Source: a virus (taxonomy: Duplodnaviria; Caudoviricetes). Taken from it: 61,847 nucleotides of DNA. The notes under the pieces were generated by a model. It made no database searches and had not been told where the DNA came from. It saw only the letters and a list, made by a program, of their open reading frames with translations. The stretch lies in IMG/VR virus record IMGVR_UViG_3300033153_001680, positions 1 through 61,847 of that record. One strand, given 5' to 3'. Within the stretch, counting starts at the first letter, position 1. Every line of letters starts with the position of its first letter. Below, piece after piece: positions 59,905-61,847 of this stretch. The translations under genes were made by a program, and so were the position numbers.

Positions 59905-60357
59905 TTAAGCAAATGTATCTCTGGACTCTAGTGCTTTGGAATACGAGTACTCGTCCCTGTCCCACCGGTTCTGATTTTCATCAACCCAGCACTCCCCGAC
60001 CTTCTTCAAGGTTCCTACCTTGTTCAGTATATCCTGGTAGCACACCCACCGGCCCTTTAAGAGGCTCGAAGCACTGAAGCACTGATGGTACGGCTTGTTG
60101 TCAACTTGTCCACTGATGCGGCAATCCCAGCCGGAGCCGTTGCGTTCGTAGGTTAGTATCCAGGGGGTCGCTTGTCCTTGGACGCTATATGACTCATGGT
60201 GGCCGGAGGCGGTGCCCCGGTATGTAATCCCCACGTTACCATAGTCTGCTCGTATTAGAGGGGCAGACCATCCGAGCAAAGACATGCTACCCTCAACACT
60301 ACCAGAGGTGAAAGTGTCTACGTACTGAGCAAGCGATGCTTCTATGTAGCTGTGCAT
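59905..60357 (-). CDS. Hypothetical early protein with C-terminal WVDENxNxW motif
   Basis: GGAG RBS; CWVDENQNRWDRDEYSYSKA. Confidence 0.7.
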   Translation of the reverse strand: MHSYIEASLAQYVDTFTSGSVEGSMSLLGWSAPLIRADYGNVGITYRGTASGHHESYSVQGQATPWILTYERNGSGWDCRISGQVDNKPYHQCFSASSLLKGRWVCYQDILNKVGTLKKVGECWVDENQNRWDRDEYSYSKALESRDTFA

Positions 60358-60518
60358 GTTTCTTCTCCATAATAATTACAACTAAAGTTTGCGCCTAACT
60401 GAACCTCCGCTGTTGCGTTACCCACTACCCTACAATCAAGCCACTCATACTCTATTCCACAATTCACTAGGGGAGCAATAAAACGTAGCTACGGAGTACT
60501 TTGAATTAGTTTGGATAT

Positions 60519-61082
60519 TCATTTTTCTTCCCCTCTGCGTTTGGTGCAGCCGGTGCAGTCGGTGCAGTTGGTGCAGTTGGTGCAGTCACAGCAGTTGGCG
60601 CAGTCACGGCAGTAGTGGCAGTCGGTGCAGTCATGGCATATACGGCAGTTGGTGCAGTCACGGCAGTCATGGCAGTTGGTGCAGTCATGGCATATACGGC
60701 AGTTGGCGCAGATACGGCAGTTGGCGCAGATACGGCAGTTGGTGCAGTAGTGGCAGTTGGTGCAGTAGTGGCAGTTGGTGCAGTAGGGGCAGTTGGCGCA
60801 GTTGGTGCAGTTGGCGCAGTTGGTGCAGTCACGGCAGTCATGGCAGTTGGTGCAGTCATGGCAGTTGGTGCAGTTGGCGCAGTTGGTGCAGTTGGTGCAG
60901 TTGGTGCAGTAGTGGCAGTTGGTGCAGTTGGTGCAGTTGGTGCAGTTGGTGCAGTTGGTGCAGTTGGTGCAGTTGGTGCAGTTGGTGCAGTCAACTAGGG
61001 ACTCACTAGCCTCAGTTGCTTCTTTAATAGTAAACTCTTTCTTGGACCATTTGTTGTCGTGCTGGTCTACCCAGTGTAGATC
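60519..61082 (-). pseudogene. Cys-x-x repeat cassette D (no own RBS/ATG; natural stop after KRRGEEK)
   Basis: 93-bp head at 60990-61082 plus about 450 bp of 9-bp units; joined out of frame to cassette C. Confidence 0.7.
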
Positions 61083-61524
61083 CTCTGCGTTTGGTGCAGT
61101 TGGTGCAGTTGGTGCAGTCACGGCAGTAGTGGCAGTCGGTGCAGTCACGGCATATACGGCAGTTGGTGCAGTCACGGCAGTCAGGGCAGTTGGTGCAGTC
61201 ATGGCAGTTGGTGCAGTCATGGCATATACGGCAGTTGGCGCAGATACGGCAGTTGGTGCAGTAGTGGCAGTTGGTGCAGTAGTGGCAGTTGGTGCAGTAG
61301 TGGCAGTTGGTGCAGTTGGCGCAGTTGGTGCAGTTGGTGCAGTTGGTGCAGTAGTGGCAGTTGGTGCAGTTGGTGCAGTTGGTGCAGTTGGTGCAGTTGG
61401 TGCAGTTGGCGCAGTAGTGGCAGTCAACTAGGGACTCACTAGCCTCAGTTGCTTCTTTAATAGTAAACTCTTTCTTGGACCATTTGTTGTCGTGCTGGTC
61501 TACCCAGTGTAGATCTGTTTCCTT
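61083..61524 (-). pseudogene. Cys-x-x repeat cassette C (no own RBS/ATG)
   Basis: Head at 61423-61524 starts at KETDLHW directly after cassette B repeats; about 330 bp of 9-bp units. Confidence 0.7.
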
Positions 61525-61847
61525 GGTGCAGTAGTGGCAGTTGGTGCAGTAGGGCAGTTGGCGCAGTTGGTGCAGTTGGCGCAGTTGGTGCAGCCGGTGC
61601 AGTAGTGGCAGTTGGTGCAGTAGTGGCAGTTGGTGCAGTTGGCGCAGTTGGTGCAGTAGTGGCAGTTGGTGCAGCCGGTGCAGTAGTGGCAGTTGGTGCA
61701 GTAGTGGCAGTTGGTGCAGTCGGTGCAGTTGGTGCAGTAGTGGCAGTCAACTAGGGACTCACTAGCCTCAGTTGCTTCTTTAATAGTAAACTCTTTCTTG
61801 GACCATTTGTTGTCGTGCTGGTCTACCCAGTGTAGATCTGTTTCCTT
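61525..61847 (-). CDS. 3' part of Cys-x-x repeat cassette B
   Basis: Head at 61746-61847 plus about 220 bp of 9-bp units. One 8-bp unit (TGCCCTAC near 61550) shifts the frame before the fusion to cassette C. Confidence 0.6.

Noticed and set aside
60990-61838. CRISPR-like pattern of identical repeats separated by variable sequence
   Set aside because: Repeats are 93 bp and protein-coding, and the spacers are 220-450 bp microsatellites. There is no cas operon; the DUF2800 Cas4-like gene belongs to the replication module.
60519-61847. Diversity-generating retroelement (several unit variants look like A-to-N changes from TGCACCAAC)
   Set aside because: No reverse transcriptase or TR/VR pair was found. 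Units such as CGT-ATA, CAT-GAC and CAA-GGC need non-adenine changes, and variation is mostly in unit order and number.

Overview
The window looks like a near-complete genome of a tailed dsDNA bacteriophage, probably podovirus-like; the host is not identifiable from the sequence. Bases 1-82 are identical to 61766-61847, so it may be circularly permuted, but that overlap lies inside a multicopy repeat. There are two arms with divergent sigma70-type promoters near 3.9-4.8 kb. The + arm (4843-39104) is morphogenesis: terminase, portal, scaffold, N4-gp56-type major capsid, tail and ejection proteins, a 1925-aa polyvalent-type protein and a CAP-domain protein. The - arm (39150-61847 and 1-4271) carries a GroEL interrupted by one in-frame TGA, a MazG-like protein, ThyX, an SNF2 helicase, a frameshifted dTMP kinase, an ATP-dependent ligase, VRR-NUC, a family A DNA polymerase (L762 type, with a ~125-aa thumb insertion), a DUF2815 SSB, a DUF2800 exonuclease, a primase-helicase, an LRR protein and many small early genes. 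The most unusual locus spans the junction: four tandem cassettes, each an identical 93-bp head plus a different array of 9-bp units encoding Cys-x-x repeats. Only one has an in-frame start, and paralogues lie at 2138-2722 and 3993-4208. I recognised no integrase, repressor, endolysin, tRNA, reverse transcriptase or CRISPR array. All functional calls come from motifs read by eye; no database search was run.
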